Shown here piece by piece: positions 36,706-49,989 of a DNA stretch of 64,000 nucleotides (position 1 is its first letter; every line of letters starts with the position of its first letter). A program made the translations under genes and the position numbers. The stretch lies in NCBI RefSeq assembly GCF_018977255.1, contig NW_024704743.1, positions 105,960,001 to 106,024,000 of the forward strand, in the 5' to 3' direction. Source of the stretch: Callorhinchus milii (lineage: Eukaryota). Below the pieces are notes generated by a model, which was given only the letters and a program-made list of their open reading frames with translations, did no database searches and was not told the DNA's origin.

Positions 36706-37235
36706 CAACAACAACTTACATTTATGCAATGCCCTTCACGCGGAGTCTGACCCTGCGCCGGGGGGGAAGGAGGTGAAAGGTGACTGTAAGCACGATCAAA
36801 AGGAAGGTCTTTAGGCAGGATTTGAAAGGAAGAAAGTTCCAGAGTTTCAGAGTGTAGTGGCTAAAGGCACGGCCACTGATGATGGAAGGAAGGGGACGAG
36901 GGACAAACAGGAGGCCGGAGACAGCCAAATGGAGACAGTCAAATGGAGACAGCGGGTGATGGAGGTGGAGGGTAAGCAAATCGATGGGTAGGGAAGTCCA
37001 AGGGTATGAATAGATTTGAAAATGAGTGAGGATCTTGAAATTGATCTGTTTGATAATTGGGAGTCAGTGGAGCCTGGCAAGGACTGGTGTGATGGGGGTA
37101 CAGAGTTTTATGCAGCTAAGTATCCGTGCGGTAGAGTTTTAATTTAATTGAATTTGTGTATGGTGGAGCTGGGGAGACCAATGAGGAGGGTATTGGAATA
37201 GTTCAGCCTGGACGTGATGAAGGTGTGGACGAGGG
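36706..37235 (-). mobile_element. Old L2 LINE 3' fragment
   Basis: (CAA)n at left; minus-strand SGRAFSHYTLKLWNFLP and IFKSIHTLGLPY. Confidence 0.8.
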
Positions 37236-39857
37236 TGCTTTGGTTGTGAGGTACAGAGTGAGGTGGACAGTGTGATGAAATACATTACTTAATAGTCATG
37301 CCAGTTCTGTTTTTTTTGGTATCTAAGTTGGAGCGCAACGTAGGATTCAGAAAGTAAGATGTCTCTGTGTGAATATACAGACTCTGTTGCAGATTCTGCT
37401 TAAACAACAACAAACTGAAATAATATCAAGAGCCTCTTGTCTCGGTTTTGACCGTGTTGTATCTGACTCGGTTTTGACCGTGTTAAATCTGAAACTAGCT
37501 GATGTTAAGTCTCCGCATGAGGGTCGCGTAGCTGCGACCCTACTCTTCTGGGTAGAGTAGCTGCTCTCTGAGAGGTTACTTCCTGTTCCCCCATGTAATG
37601 CAAGTGAGATTCCTGGGAAACTTTGAAAATGATACACCAAGGGCCAATACATTGTCTTGGAAAGACCACCCAAATGAACACATTTGAGAAAATATTGTTC
37701 TGGCACCCTGGTGGTGAAGGGCACAAAACAGCAGAGGCATTGCATTCCAACGTTCTTCCTATCTTTACAGATCACTGTGGGAAACATTGTTTTATACAGT
37801 TTGATGTTATGCCAAGTTGTTAGAAAAAATGCCATTTCAGTACGTTCAAGATCACCATCAATGGGTGCTCATATGAAACAGTGCAATATGTGATTGTTCC
37901 ATAAGTGAAGAGTCCACACAATTGACGAGTGACAGAATTGCAGGTGAAACAAGGTGGGATAAAAATTCCACTTCATCATAAGCAGTGTACTTCATAACCC
38001 TGTAAACACACAATAACCACACTTGACAACAATTCCTTGTGATACTCTTTGAAATAATTTAACACTATAAATTATGGCATAGGAGGAAGCAATTCAATTC
38101 ATCGTCTGCAGGGATTATTATTGTTTCCATGCGCATAGAATTGAGGTTAGAGTAGTAAGATCTTGTTTGAGGCTGATGAGTTGAATAGCTTCCCCCTAAT
38201 CCATAATTTCTACATGGTGAAAAGTGTAACCTGCGATGTGTAAGTTAATACCGGTAATAAGCGCTTTGAGACGTCTCGAAGACATGATAAGACACTATAT
38301 CAAATGCAAAGATTATTATTATAAGTATCATACTATTGATAATTCTGTCAAATGCTTCCAATTGGTAACAACAGATCATTGATGGACGTGGAATGTCATG
38401 ACATGATCTGTGTGCTATAACATTATACATCTTATGACAACAACAACAACAACAACAAATTGCATTTATATATTGCCTTTCACATTGGAAGGATGTCCCA
38501 AGATTAATTATAATTAATCTTACCTCATGACATTGGACATCTCAAACCATGGCATTCAACATCTCACACCAGAGCATCTGAATTTAACCAACTGCCTCTT
38601 AAAGAGTACACTTTTTAATCAGCAGTGAAGCATGCTTACTACAACAACAACAACAACAAGATTTCATTTAGAGAGCGCCTTTCACGTCGGGAGGACGTCC
38701 CAAGGTGCTGTACAGTTGGGTCACTGTTGGAACTACCAGCTGACTTTTAACGATACGTCCTAGACTGTTCATGATGTTATAGTTTGTTTTCTCCCTCATT
38801 ATTAACCATTCCTATGCCAGCTCATATTACTTTCTCAATCTACACATTTAGACACTGTCTGAAGATACAGCTAGAGAATAGCTTTCCTTTGTTTCCTCTT
38901 CTATCCTTATAACAGATCTCGACAGTCTGAAAATAAAGCTATAGAACAGCATGCCTATACTTCCATCCTCCTCACAATATAGGACATTTCCATCATTAGA
39001 CAGAAGTAAGAAACCTGGCTGCAATTTTTCAGCTCGCCGTATGCTGCCTTTATCGGATTTATATTACATTGCTCTTTCCTTATGATGTTCTGCTACAGTC
39101 TTATTACCATCGGCTTTATGGTCCTTCCAGATTGTTTTATCTGTCGAGCTGCAATTATCTTGAATGTGTCATGCCTGTAAAGTAATAAGACATCAATATG
39201 CTCTGAACCTATGTTACAGGTAGGTTTGTCAGTTTTGTAATTACTGAATTTATAAATCATTAACTTCAAGGACACCACAAGACAACCCCCCGTCTCTGTG
39301 TTATTACAGACTGCTGGGGCCAGTTGATCAGTGGCTACTAACATGTGAAATAATCTTTCAGTGAATCAAAATTCCAGACTCTTCGAAGAGATAAGCGAGG
39401 CATCTTACAATGCTGGTGAGTACTTGGGTGAGAAAGAATAATCTGTGGTTTCTAGGCATTTTACAGGATTTTCAGTAATTGTTGTGTCCTCAGATGCTGG
39501 AATTCATCCTTTAACTGCCTAAAGGGTTTCTGTGGAGCAAAGCTGCTGCTCAAGCTGGGACCTTATGTTGTCTAGATGTCTCATTCCAACATGTCATTGA
39601 AACCCAGAAACTCCTCATTGAAACACTGTGATATCCCACAACTACAGTAACTGACCCAGGACTGATTGAGATGTAGATTTTCAGCCAAAGGCATTGGAGG
39701 CATTGGGTTTGAAAATCTGCGAACAAATAATTACATTTTGCTTTATGTCCCACGCCTACAGCTAAATGTATCATATTTATATAATAAGAACAAAAACTAA
39801 TGGCTCTTCACACAGGATAGAGTTGCAAAGTACTGCACAGTGGTGGGGAGTGGTGAG

Positions 39858-40135
39858 GTTAAATAATAATAATCCTTGTTTTTGATATAGCGCCTTATCA
39901 CATCTTCAAGACATCTCAAAGCACTCCACAGAATATACTGTGAAGTGCAGTGACTGTATATTTTGTGGGTGAAATGCGGCAACCAATTGCACACAGCAGT
40001 GTTCCACAAACAGTCGTGGATTGAGTGACCAGATTATTTTTATTTATTTTGAAGGGATTATTACCGGCAGAAAAGCGATCTGCCATTCGACTAACAACCG
40101 GCGAGTGCTGTAACCATTAAGCTGCAGGACTCCAC
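39858..40135 (-). mobile_element. Internally deleted long-form SINE
   Basis: Tail, body, cgactaacaaccgg segment and the head end caggactccac. Confidence 0.8.
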
Positions 40136-40899
40136 ATTGTTCTTTGGGAGTCTGGGAACTGTCTACTATTAGAAGATGAGGTCATGAAATCAGCTCAGGT
40201 TGATACAGATTTTTAAAAAAACTGGTATTGCAGTATTCAAATGTTATGTTGTTCCAGAAAACCTTCTTATTACGTGCCTTCTCCCATCCCCACTGTTAGC
40301 CTGAGGTATGAAAACACATGTATGATGTAATAAAAGATACATCTATTCTAGTTTTCTCACAACTACTGAAAATATCTGAAATACGCTCTCTATGGAAAGT
40401 CAAATCGAAGGATCAGACCCTTAATATCCCGGGCAGATGAATGTGTAATATAGATTGCGCAATTCTTTCCAACAGTTAGGATGTGTAATCCTAGCATAAC
40501 ATCCGACATCTAGATGTAATATTTACATTTGTGCGCATCTATGTGTGTATATAGTTGACATAGGGTATTAAAACAATGAAAGCATCTGAATTGGAATAAG
40601 ATTGTGTTCAATGCGAAAAGGTGCCATTATGTTATCTAGGTCCAATATCCAATGGGTGTAATGTGTTAATTATCAGTTTTCACTCCATCCGTATTGCTTT
40701 TGTGATATTTCATTTTTTTCTTTTGTACTGTTCCTTCTGCCTTTGTAAATAAATTGGATATTTTTGCTTAGTAATGACAAATGTTGGAAAAAATATCTGG
40801 GTTCAAGCTCCTGAAAAGCTGTGAATGTAATAAAATAGCTTGTTATATCGTACATCTGGCACTGTTATAGTCACAGTCCCAGGTAGTGAAAGTCAATGT

Positions 40900-41139
40900 G
40901 ATATTACGCACATGTAGAAATGTCACTCATATCCAGACCACCCTCTGTGCCAAGTGCCATGTAAGCCTTCACCAAATGTTGTTCCTTCCCTCTGGTGTAT
41001 ATTATGTGGCAACAAGAGGAGGGGTCTCAAGAGGGGAAGGGCGGAAATACCCTTAAAAATGGGGCTACCATTTTCCCATATAAAAATGTGTCCATTGAGA
41101 AATGGGAATGTGGTACCATTTAATGCATTAGTGGGTTTA
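40900..41139 (+). mobile_element. piggyBac-like transposon 3' relic
   Basis: TTLCAKCHVSLH preceded by a frameshifted RTCRxCHS (Cys-rich C-terminal domain). End GCATTAGTGGG (41125-41135) is followed by TTTA, one base from TTAA. Confidence 0.55.
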
Positions 41140-42944
41140 TTTCTCTGTGTGAGAAGAGTACAGCAATTCACCCTCAATATTCTATATAGTTCTGCACATG
41201 TGAAGTTAAACAGTAAAGAAAATTTCAACACAAAATGGATTGGCAAAAAGTTGGCATCCAGTTTAGAAAAAGGCATTCTTCTATATGTCAAGGACTATGA
41301 ACATTACAAAGCTTCACTAAATATGGTTTCTTTCTTGGAAAGGAAACACTGACGTGCTTTTCCTGGCAGGTTACTGACCTTTAGCACAGAGTTAAAAAAT
41401 CCTGTTTGCAGTTAATACAGGAAACAGACTTTAGAGGCAGATTTTATTACCTGATCACATTCAATTAGTTCATTACTTTACTTGGGAACGGGGTTAAACA
41501 GAACTGTTTACACCAAAGAACGTGAAGATGGGAATTCTCATTGTCTCATTCAGTCATTCTGAATATGAACAACAACAGCAAATTACATTTGTATAGCCCT
41601 TTTCATATCTGAAGGACGTCCCAAAGTGCTGGGACTATCAAGCTCTTTTGTTCCATTTTGCCAAATGTGCCATAGCTGCTCCCATTGGAGTTGAAAGAAG
41701 ATCAAGGATGACAGTGAAAAATAGCAGATTTTCTGGAGTGTAATATTTATGAACTGTTTGCAATTAAGACTTCAAATTGAGTCTTACAAAGAGAGGCAGC
41801 CCGAAAAGCAGACCGAGAACTTTCTGGTGAGGCAGAAGCTTTGAATGGATTATTTTAAAATCAAATTTGTAAAAAAAAATTTTTTTGTGGTATTTGGACG
41901 TTCCTTATCCAGACTCACAAGGAACAGGCCAGGTTGTACCTCACTCGGTTTATCTTAATCTGTTTTACAATTGCTTGGTAAACAGTGCAAATTTTTTAAA
42001 TAACAAGGTGATTATACTTTCTTCACAAAAAACTAAACAATATCAAACAGGCAATTCTTTTGTGCATAATATGGTATCATTATAAAGGAGTTTATATTGG
42101 GTAGGTTGAAAAGTGCATAATATATTTGATTATCACATCAAATCTGTTAGGAAATGTTGCATTTTTACCCCTAAAACAATAAAACATTTCTTACATTCTA
42201 AATAGTGTTTGGAGTATTTGATTTACTCTTACAAATTAACAGCAAAATGTTTCAAATAACTACCTCATAATTAGTTTTGTTCATCCATCCAAATCTTGCA
42301 TTTTTTGAAACCTGTTCCTAAAAGGTTTAGCTGCTTCTCGTCCCAGGAATCCAATACTCAAACCCTAAAGGCCTCAGGTAAATATTAGCAGTGCTACTAT
42401 TTAGGATTCAATCTCATTCCTGAAGTGGTGACACAGATCATTCAGTTGGTTACTGGCTTTCTAAGCTCTGATGCTATCTTACCAGTTGGTATCTGCAGAG
42501 AACATACCAGTCTCAGGAGAACTTCTTTCTGAAAATTGAGTCGAGATTTGAACTCTTACATAATCAAATGGAAAAAAAATAAACATTTTTCAGATCTGAA
42601 TTCTCCTGACTCATGCTGAGTTGGGTTAAACATTTTGTTAATCTCTTTTAAATTTAGATACTTGTAAAAGATTTTAAATACCGCTTTCACTCCCAGAAGT
42701 AAATACATGTTACCAATATGTAAAATGTACTATAGCTGTTACTAATATTATAATCTAGCCAGGAAGCTAACTAAACAATTATTGCTTTTGAGATAAAAGG
42801 CTCCAGTCATTTAGATACCTCACAAAGACCACCAACAGAAAACTTTCAGTGTCTCCTTTGTGTGGAATCCATTGGATTAGTTCTTGTTCCACCAGATCAA
42901 ATCTATGCTTGTAACACACAAACCGAGCCATCAGTTCCCAATTC

Positions 42945-43125
42945 AAACCCCCCTCACTCAATGCAAACTCACACCAAGGAATCCACATTTATACTCTGAC
43001 TAAAACTCACAACCCCAACCCCCAAGTTCACATCAGACCTAAACTCAAACCACACTACCCACCCATTCAAACTCACACCACCCACCCACTCAAACTCACA
43101 CATCCCACCCACACCTAACCTCACT
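42945..43125. repeat. Degenerate C/A-rich low-complexity repeat
   Basis: Recurrent aaactcacac / cccacccac motifs. Confidence 0.6.
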
Positions 43126-43282
43126 TCCTGCACATTGTACAGAACATTATGTGCAGGATGTACTGTTGATGTCATTGGTGAAGGAATTTATGGCACTTAG
43201 TGCGCAATGCACAGGAAGTGACAACAGCAGTGACCTGATGACCCAGAAGTTGGTCATATTTTCACATTCAATTTAACACGGA

Positions 43283-43906
43283 GCAGGTCATTCAGAACTC
43301 TGCAGCTCGTGTACTGTCCCGCACCAGGCTTCGGGACCACATCACTCCCACCCTCGCTCGCCTCCACTGGCTCCCCATCCACCAGAGGATCGAATTCAAG
43401 ATCCTCATCATCACCTACAAGGCCATTCACGGCCTCGCTTCCTCCTACCTCTCTGACCTACTATCCCCCTACCTACCTGCCCGTACCCTCCGTTCCTCTG
43501 GCTCTGGTCTGCTCCACGTCCCCCGCCCCAATCGCCCTACCATCGGTGGCCGGGCCTTCAGCCTCTCAGCCCCTAGGCTCTGGAACTCCATCCCCCAGTG
43601 CCTTCGCCTTGCTTCCTCCCTTTCCTCCTTCAAGGCCGGTCTCAAAACCTTTCTCTTTGACCGAGCCTTCAGCTCCCCTCTCGACTCTCTTCCCCCTCCT
43701 CGCTCCCTCCCTTCCCTCCCCTCACCCTGACCATTTCCCCCCTCCTCGCTCCCTCCCTTCCCTCCCCTCACCCTGACCATTTCCCCCCTCCTCGCTCCCT
43801 CCCTTCCCTCCCCTCACCCTGACCATTTCCCCCCTGCTCGGGTCATGACCCAACTGTGCAGCGCCTTGGGACGTCCTCCTGACGTGAAAGGCGCTTTATA
43901 AATGGA

Positions 43907-43935
<29 letters not shown>
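43283..43935 (+). mobile_element. L2 LINE 3' fragment, close relative of 31940-32696
   Basis: Aligns by eye with 32102-32696 with few differences; (GTT)n tail. Confidence 0.93.
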
Positions 43936-43937
<2 letters not shown>

Positions 43938-44119
43938 GAAGCCCATGTGTTTGTGAAAGATGCTATAAAAGTGCAAGTTGTATCTGATGATCAATGCTGA
44001 TCCACTAAGGAGACATCCCAGTCGATGCCAACTTCACCTGATAGCCATAAACATACATCTTCCAGAACAGGAGTTTCTGTATAACCATTTGTAATAGGAA
44101 TTCTACATTAGAATACATT

Positions 44120-44298
44120 AGAATATGCAGCACAGAAACAGGCCATTCGACCTAACTGGTCTACGTCGATGTTTATGCTCCACATGAGCCTCCTCCTGCC
44201 TTTCCTCAACTAAATCTTCAAGCATAACCTTCTATTCCTTTCTCCCTCATGTACCTATCTCGCTTTCCCTTAAATACATCTATGCTATTTGCCTCAAC
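44120..44298 (-). mobile_element. CR1-type LINE 3' end (related piece at ~35255-35340)
   Basis: cagcacagaaacaggccattcg...gtttatgctccac, the reverse complement of a CR1-like tail. Confidence 0.65.
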
Positions 44299-44304
44299 AA
44301 GGGA

Positions 44305-44431
44305 AGGGATTATTATTAGGCTCTGTGTGGAGTAAGGAAACTTGCCCAAGGTTTCACCCACTGCCCGGAATTGAACTCAGGTCTCTCGCTTGCAAAGAGA
44401 GTGCTCTAACCACTGAGCTACAGGACTCCAC
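44305..44431 (-). mobile_element. SINE 5' half only (tRNA head)
   Basis: Matches 25600-25724; body and tail are absent. Confidence 0.85.
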
Positions 44432-45229
44432 ACGGTATAACCTCTCAGTTCTGGGATCATCCTTGACTAACATTAACTCCTCAATAGCCCAAGGTATGTG
44501 GAAATCAATTATAGTACTCAAAGAGGTGCCCTGCTTGAGATCTGTTGACTGAGCATAAAGTGATATTATTCAGACCTCAGTATTCAAACCTACAATCTTT
44601 CGCTTCACATGACACAGTGCTGCACTAAGCACTGACTAGCCATGAGGACTTTGAGAGAGTTGCCTGCACTCCCTTTTCTGATCCTAGTTTAGGATTTAAA
44701 CACAAAATCTAGCATATTTCAATTATTCAATTATATTTTCTTTTGAATACTCAATACACTAAAGCCTAACTAACAACATTCCTCTACCAAATGAAAGGAT
44801 CATTAATAGAAAGTTCCCAAGTGGTGGGGTGGGGAGATTGTGTTTAAAAATGTGTTTTTAGGAAAATAGCAGTGGAAATGGTAGCTAATGGAGAATACAT
44901 TAAGCTGACACATGAGAAAATATAGCTCAATAGTCCTTTCCAACAGCTTCCCCACAATTCAATTATTGACTCTTATATTACCCATATTTTAGTTCAGGTT
45001 TTATGTTATTTCAATTAAATTGAATTAGCTGTGTGTGATACAAGGCACTCTGGCTATTTTTCAGAAATTTATTCATTAGAAATCTAAGCAGAACATTTTT
45101 GTCAAACTCGCCAGACGGTCATCACGATCTAAATGTGCTGCATTTCTTTCTATCTTAAAAAGTAAGCATGGATGGCCTCTATGAATTATACCCTTTAATT
45201 TTATGGGATATTATGAAATAGTTTTAGAG

Positions 45230-45395
45230 AGCTAACCCCAATGATCCAGTGGGTAATGCACCCACCCAGTGTAGAGCAAAGCCATACAGACTAAAAGCTC
45301 ACAGGTTCAAATGACAGCTGATCTCAGCCTGGGCAGCGATTGTACATTACAGATGATCTTTGCTCCCTGAGGTAGGATAGAGGAAAAGGCAGTCC
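45230..45395 (+). mobile_element. Very old tRNA-type SINE-like fragment (third family; related decay at ~5510-5630)
   Basis: Head-like cagtgggtaatgcacc...gccatacagac...caggttcaaat...agctgatctcagcc. Confidence 0.35.
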
Positions 45396-45900
45396 CTTTT
45401 TTAAAAAAAAAAATATTTATTAATAAGTATAATATTTGGTACAACAGAAATTCCAAACAAACACAACATACAACATTTCCTGTTACATTTTTTCCCTTTC
45501 TCCCGATACAAAAACATTTAGTTGTTTACGGTACATTTCTTCACCGCACACAGGTTGCGCACATGTTTTTTGGAACGCTCCCTTTAAAGAAGTAGTGAGT
45601 TGCCCGTGTACACCACATCCATGTGCGCTCGTGCACACACCCTCATAAGGTGCACTTGTTTACATCTCGAGCGTCCTTCTGTATATTTATATGGTCACCC
45701 TCATGTTTATTTCAGTCCTAGTTTTGGGTGTGGTCGTGGACCACCCTGCACGGTTTGTGTAGGAGTGGCTCCTATCGGGCCTTTGCCATTTGTTGCCAGC
45801 GTAGCAGGGCTCCAGGTACAGTCTCAGGCAGCTACACATAAAGGTGACCATAAGGATCAGGGCTACGCTAGGGACACCTTTTCCTCCCTTTTCCGGGGAT
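45396..45900 (-). mobile_element. Tx1/L1-clade LINE fragment with 3' end
   Basis: Minus-strand SPEKGGKGVPSVALILMVTFMCSCLRL resembles the post-RT xGGxxxP region of Tx1/L1 ORF2. Minus-strand AATAAA and A/T run at ~45396-45422. Confidence 0.6.
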
Positions 45901-46665
45901 AATAATAATCCTTGCATTAGATAAAGCACCTTATCATGTTTTTGAGACATCTCAAAGTGCTTCTTTCCACGAACCACACCGACATAGAAATTCACTTCTT
46001 GTGTGGAGTTCCCCACAGGCCAACAGGAATTCTGGCTGAATTCCTTCTTGATGAATTCCGTTGGGAATTAAATCAAAGTTAGACCCCACTGATCACAGGT
46101 TATTTTCTCTAGCAGCAGAAAGTGCAAAAGAATAGTTTGTTTGAAAAAAAAAATTGTTTTGTGACGGCATTGAAGCAGTTTAAAATATTCACTCTTGTAG
46201 GTTCACAGAGGTGGATTTCTCTTCAAGCAAATCTTTGGCCAGCTGTTAAGGTACCCTTGTTGCTGCTGAGCTTGCCTTGCTGCTGTTCCAAGGGAACTGC
46301 ATTCTGATGGCTCTTGATAATCCTAAACACACACATAACGGATCTGCCCTGCGGACGAGGGAAGATCTGCATCAATTGTTGAGAAACTACTACACCAACT
46401 TCCTTCAAGTTTGTCTGTTGTGTTTTGATAACTAATGACTCAATCATTATAGGCTCAAAACCCTTTCACACTCCCTGACTTCCAACTTGTGTTCATCAAT
46501 GCTAATTTCTATAATTGCAACTGGATGGAAAAAGAATCTCTGAAGTAAATGATGTTACTTTAATTCAGGCTGATGAATTTCTACAGAAACTTGTTGCATC
46601 CCAAAGCTACCAATGAACCTTGCAGTGTTTGCTGAGAGCAGAAAAAAGTACTGTACTTACAAGAA

Positions 46666-46803
46666 CTTCAGGACAGGGTGGATGAAGTCTTGATCAAGAG
46701 AAAGCCTTTGACAGGGTATCTCACAGCTACATGGATGAGGTACTCTCCTAAATGGGCTTTGGGGAGGGAATATGCAAGTGAATCCAATTGCTCTACACAG
46801 ACT
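46666..46803 (+). mobile_element. Tx1/L1 RT fragment with stop codons
   Basis: From 46686: SLDQEKAFDRVSHSYMDEVLS*MGFGEGICK*IQLLYTD. Confidence 0.85.
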
Positions 46804-46984
46804 GAACCCATCATTCATATGCAACTTTAAATTATCCAGGATTTTAAAACAACTTTTATGCTTAGCTTTTGTAAATTATGATTAGCTCTCTGAATCTCCC
46901 CCCACCCCCCACCTCTACTCTTCAGTATATTTTACTTCTCATCTGCCTTTCTCTTGCTACATTGAATGGAGTTAAATCTAATGT

Positions 46985-47570
46985 CAGCTTGGCTCTATGG
47001 ACACTCTCATGCATCTCATTCAGAAGGATGTGGTATTAAGCCGCTTGTTAGGATTTGTCTCCAGGCTGATATTCCAGTACAGTACTGGGGAAGCACTGAG
47101 TTGTCAGAGTTCCTGTTCCGCACGCCTGTTAAGGTGGACATTAAAGACTCCATGACACTGAAAAGAAAGGGAAAAAAGACATTTAAATAAAAGATGATTG
47201 TTTGCAGGACACTGCTGGGCGCAATTGGCTGCTGTGTTTTGCCCACAAAATACACAGTCAATGCAATTTACAATATATTCTGTGAAGCTCTTTGAGAAAT
47301 CTCAACAACGTGATAAGGCGCTTTATCAAATGCAAGGATTATTATTATTGCTATAACAAGGGAATTCCTCCTGGCATCCAAGCCAACATCATCTGGATAA
47401 ATTGACCATTCACTTCATGGCCATTTGTAGGTCCTTGTCCCATGAAAATTGGCAAACGTGTTTATCTACAAATAAGCACAGACCACACTTGGCCCAAGAA
47501 AACCCTTTGAGCTGTTTTGACATTACAAGTAGCATATCAAATGCAGAGATTATTATTATTTATTATTACA
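46985..47570 (+). mobile_element. Deu-domain SINE with a younger SINE 3' half nested at ~47190-47349
   Basis: The Deu core breaks at ~47170 and resumes at ~47358 (aagggaattcctcctggcatcc). Confidence 0.7.
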
Positions 47571-49669
47571 GCTGGAGACTTGTTGCGTGCGAACCGACAT
47601 GTCTCCTCAAAGCTCTGTGTTGTTTTGCCAAGCGATTTTTGTCATTGTGTTTCAGACAGTGACAGATCAGGCAAATGCTCATGTGCCATAGGCAATGGAA
47701 CTACATTTACACTAGGCAACAACATTATTGCATGAAACTATTTACAGCATGAAAAACAACAACACACACATTTCCAGACAACACAATAACACTTCACATT
47801 TACTACGAATAGCCCAATGTGCAAAATAATGAGCCCTACTAAAGTTGTACCTCAAGTTGAAGGTGAACATCATTCTCCGCTCAGGGTTGTGAAAGGATGC
47901 ACTGCCTGAAACAAGGTGTACCTTTATTTAAACTATGCAGTCTGCATGGATGTTACGCTGAGTAATCATGGCTAAACACAGCAATGTTCACCTTTTAAAA
48001 TGCTAATTTCACTGAAATTGATTCAAGGCAGTCTGTAATGGTGGCTAAGACATGATTTTTTTTTGTTCACTACATTGTATTTCCTGACCTTGGATTTCAG
48101 CCGCTTGGCTTCCTTTGTATTTTAGTTACTTGATAGACATCTGACACAGAACTTGTCAAATAATAAAAGAATGGGGGAAATATGAACTTACTTAACTGAG
48201 CAAGATTAGAATGTTTAACAGCAAATACTCGCTTTGAATCTGGGTATAATGTGACATATTACCAAAGATTAGCCTGTTGCACAATAACTTTGGCATCTTG
48301 TAAAGTGCAGTAAGTATCTTTTCCTCGCTTATGTGATAGGGTAAATGAAAAAATCTTGAAAACTAGGTTCAAGGGCAAATGTACACCTTTGAAATAGGTT
48401 TACACATTCATATTTAATTGGTATATTTTATACTTTTTTGATACATTTGTACCAAATTTGGCACAATTCCCACTTTAACATGATTGTGACTTCCATAAGA
48501 TCACAAGATTAGTTTGAAGACAGCTCTTCAACCCATCAGATTTCATCCTTCCACCCTACACACATTTTTCCTGGTTTGCACACTTGCATCCATTTGACAC
48601 TATTCCCAATTTAACATAAGTGTGTCTTCCCTGTTGTATGTTTTTCCCATTTGCCACACTTTCACCCATTTGATATCCTTTTGCTATTAATTACACTTTC
48701 ACAAGTTTGATTTCTTTGGAAAGAAAACACAACCTTCTTTTGTCTCCAGATCGATAATGAACCCTTTGGCTAAGCAGATTGATTTTTTCACCAGACGCCT
48801 TTAGAACTATGAGTGCAGATTGAAGTCCCGAAGAGGTGTGTCTTTAAGTGTGCAATGCAAGATATGATGTGCGTGACATGCACATTAACCTGAAGGACAA
48901 TTTGTAGCACCATGATATTGTTAAGATATCGCTAACGTTTGCAACTTGTTCCATGTTTGGATTGCATTATCTTTTGATGTCTTTCTTCAATTCTAAAAAA
49001 ATACACTTTTTGCTCTTTCGGGAATTTATAATTCATATCATCTTTAAAGTCACAATACATCACTGCAACATATTTACATTGGACTGATGCTTGATTGACA
49101 CAGGTTGAAGCTTAAGTGACCTAGAAAGTAAACACAAAATGGAGGAAAGATTCAGTACTTAAAAATAGCACAGAATCGGGGAAGAATCCACATATTTTAT
49201 TTTCATCTAAATTGAATTTGAATAACAGCATATGGCCTTTTCTTACAAGTGAATGGGGTTAAGATACAGGTTAAGATACCTTTAGGTACATTAAATTACA
49301 TTAAGGTACTTTTTCCTTCGTCCTTCTTGGCATCCGGCCCCACAAACTATGAAGTGCTCTGAGATGTGAAGGGTGCCCTATGAATGCTTGTTGTATTGTT
49401 AAAAAGAACTGGAGTGAAAAATGTGTTGGAAGACAGGGAAAGCAAAACCGCAGAGGGCAAATGTAGTCTTGCCTGAAATCAGATTGATGAGTTGCACTAA
49501 GCCTTATGGTTGAGTGGAGGCCACTCACTTCCTTGCAGATAACCAACAAACTCTCTGCTTCCTATCAGCCAGTTAGTGCACGGGAAAAGGGGAAGATATC
49601 TGGTGATGAAAGAGAACAGAAAACATATTTAATTCGAAAGTTAGCCTTCCCAAGGGGGAAGCCCCTTGA

Positions 49670-49940
49670 AATATTGCAGACAAGAGCAACAAGGATGATC
49701 ACCATTAAAGGAATGAGCTGTGGGCAACGATTAAACAAGCTGGGACTCTTCAGTCTTGAGAGAAGAATTCTCAGAGAGGACCTTATAGAAGTGTACATTT
49801 TTTTAAAATGAGGTTAAAAGCCTAAATTCAGAACAATACAAAAGGTTGCACCAAAACAGCAGAACAATAGGACAAAGATTTAGAGTTGTGAAGGGCAATT
49901 TCAGGACACATAGTAGTTATTTACCCAGAACGTAATTAAT
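49670..49940 (+). mobile_element. CR1 LINE ORF2 C-terminal fragment
   Basis: RATRMI..KGMSCGQRLNKLGLFSLERRILREDLIEVY. Confidence 0.8.
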
Positions 49941-49989
49941 GACACTTGGGAAGGTACCAAGAGGGCAGCTAGTGCTGTGAGCTCCCAAT

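Noticed and set aside
37347..37893. Overlapping ORFs up to 162 aa as an integrase or transposase
   Set aside because: Only vague motif resemblance; no family can be supported.
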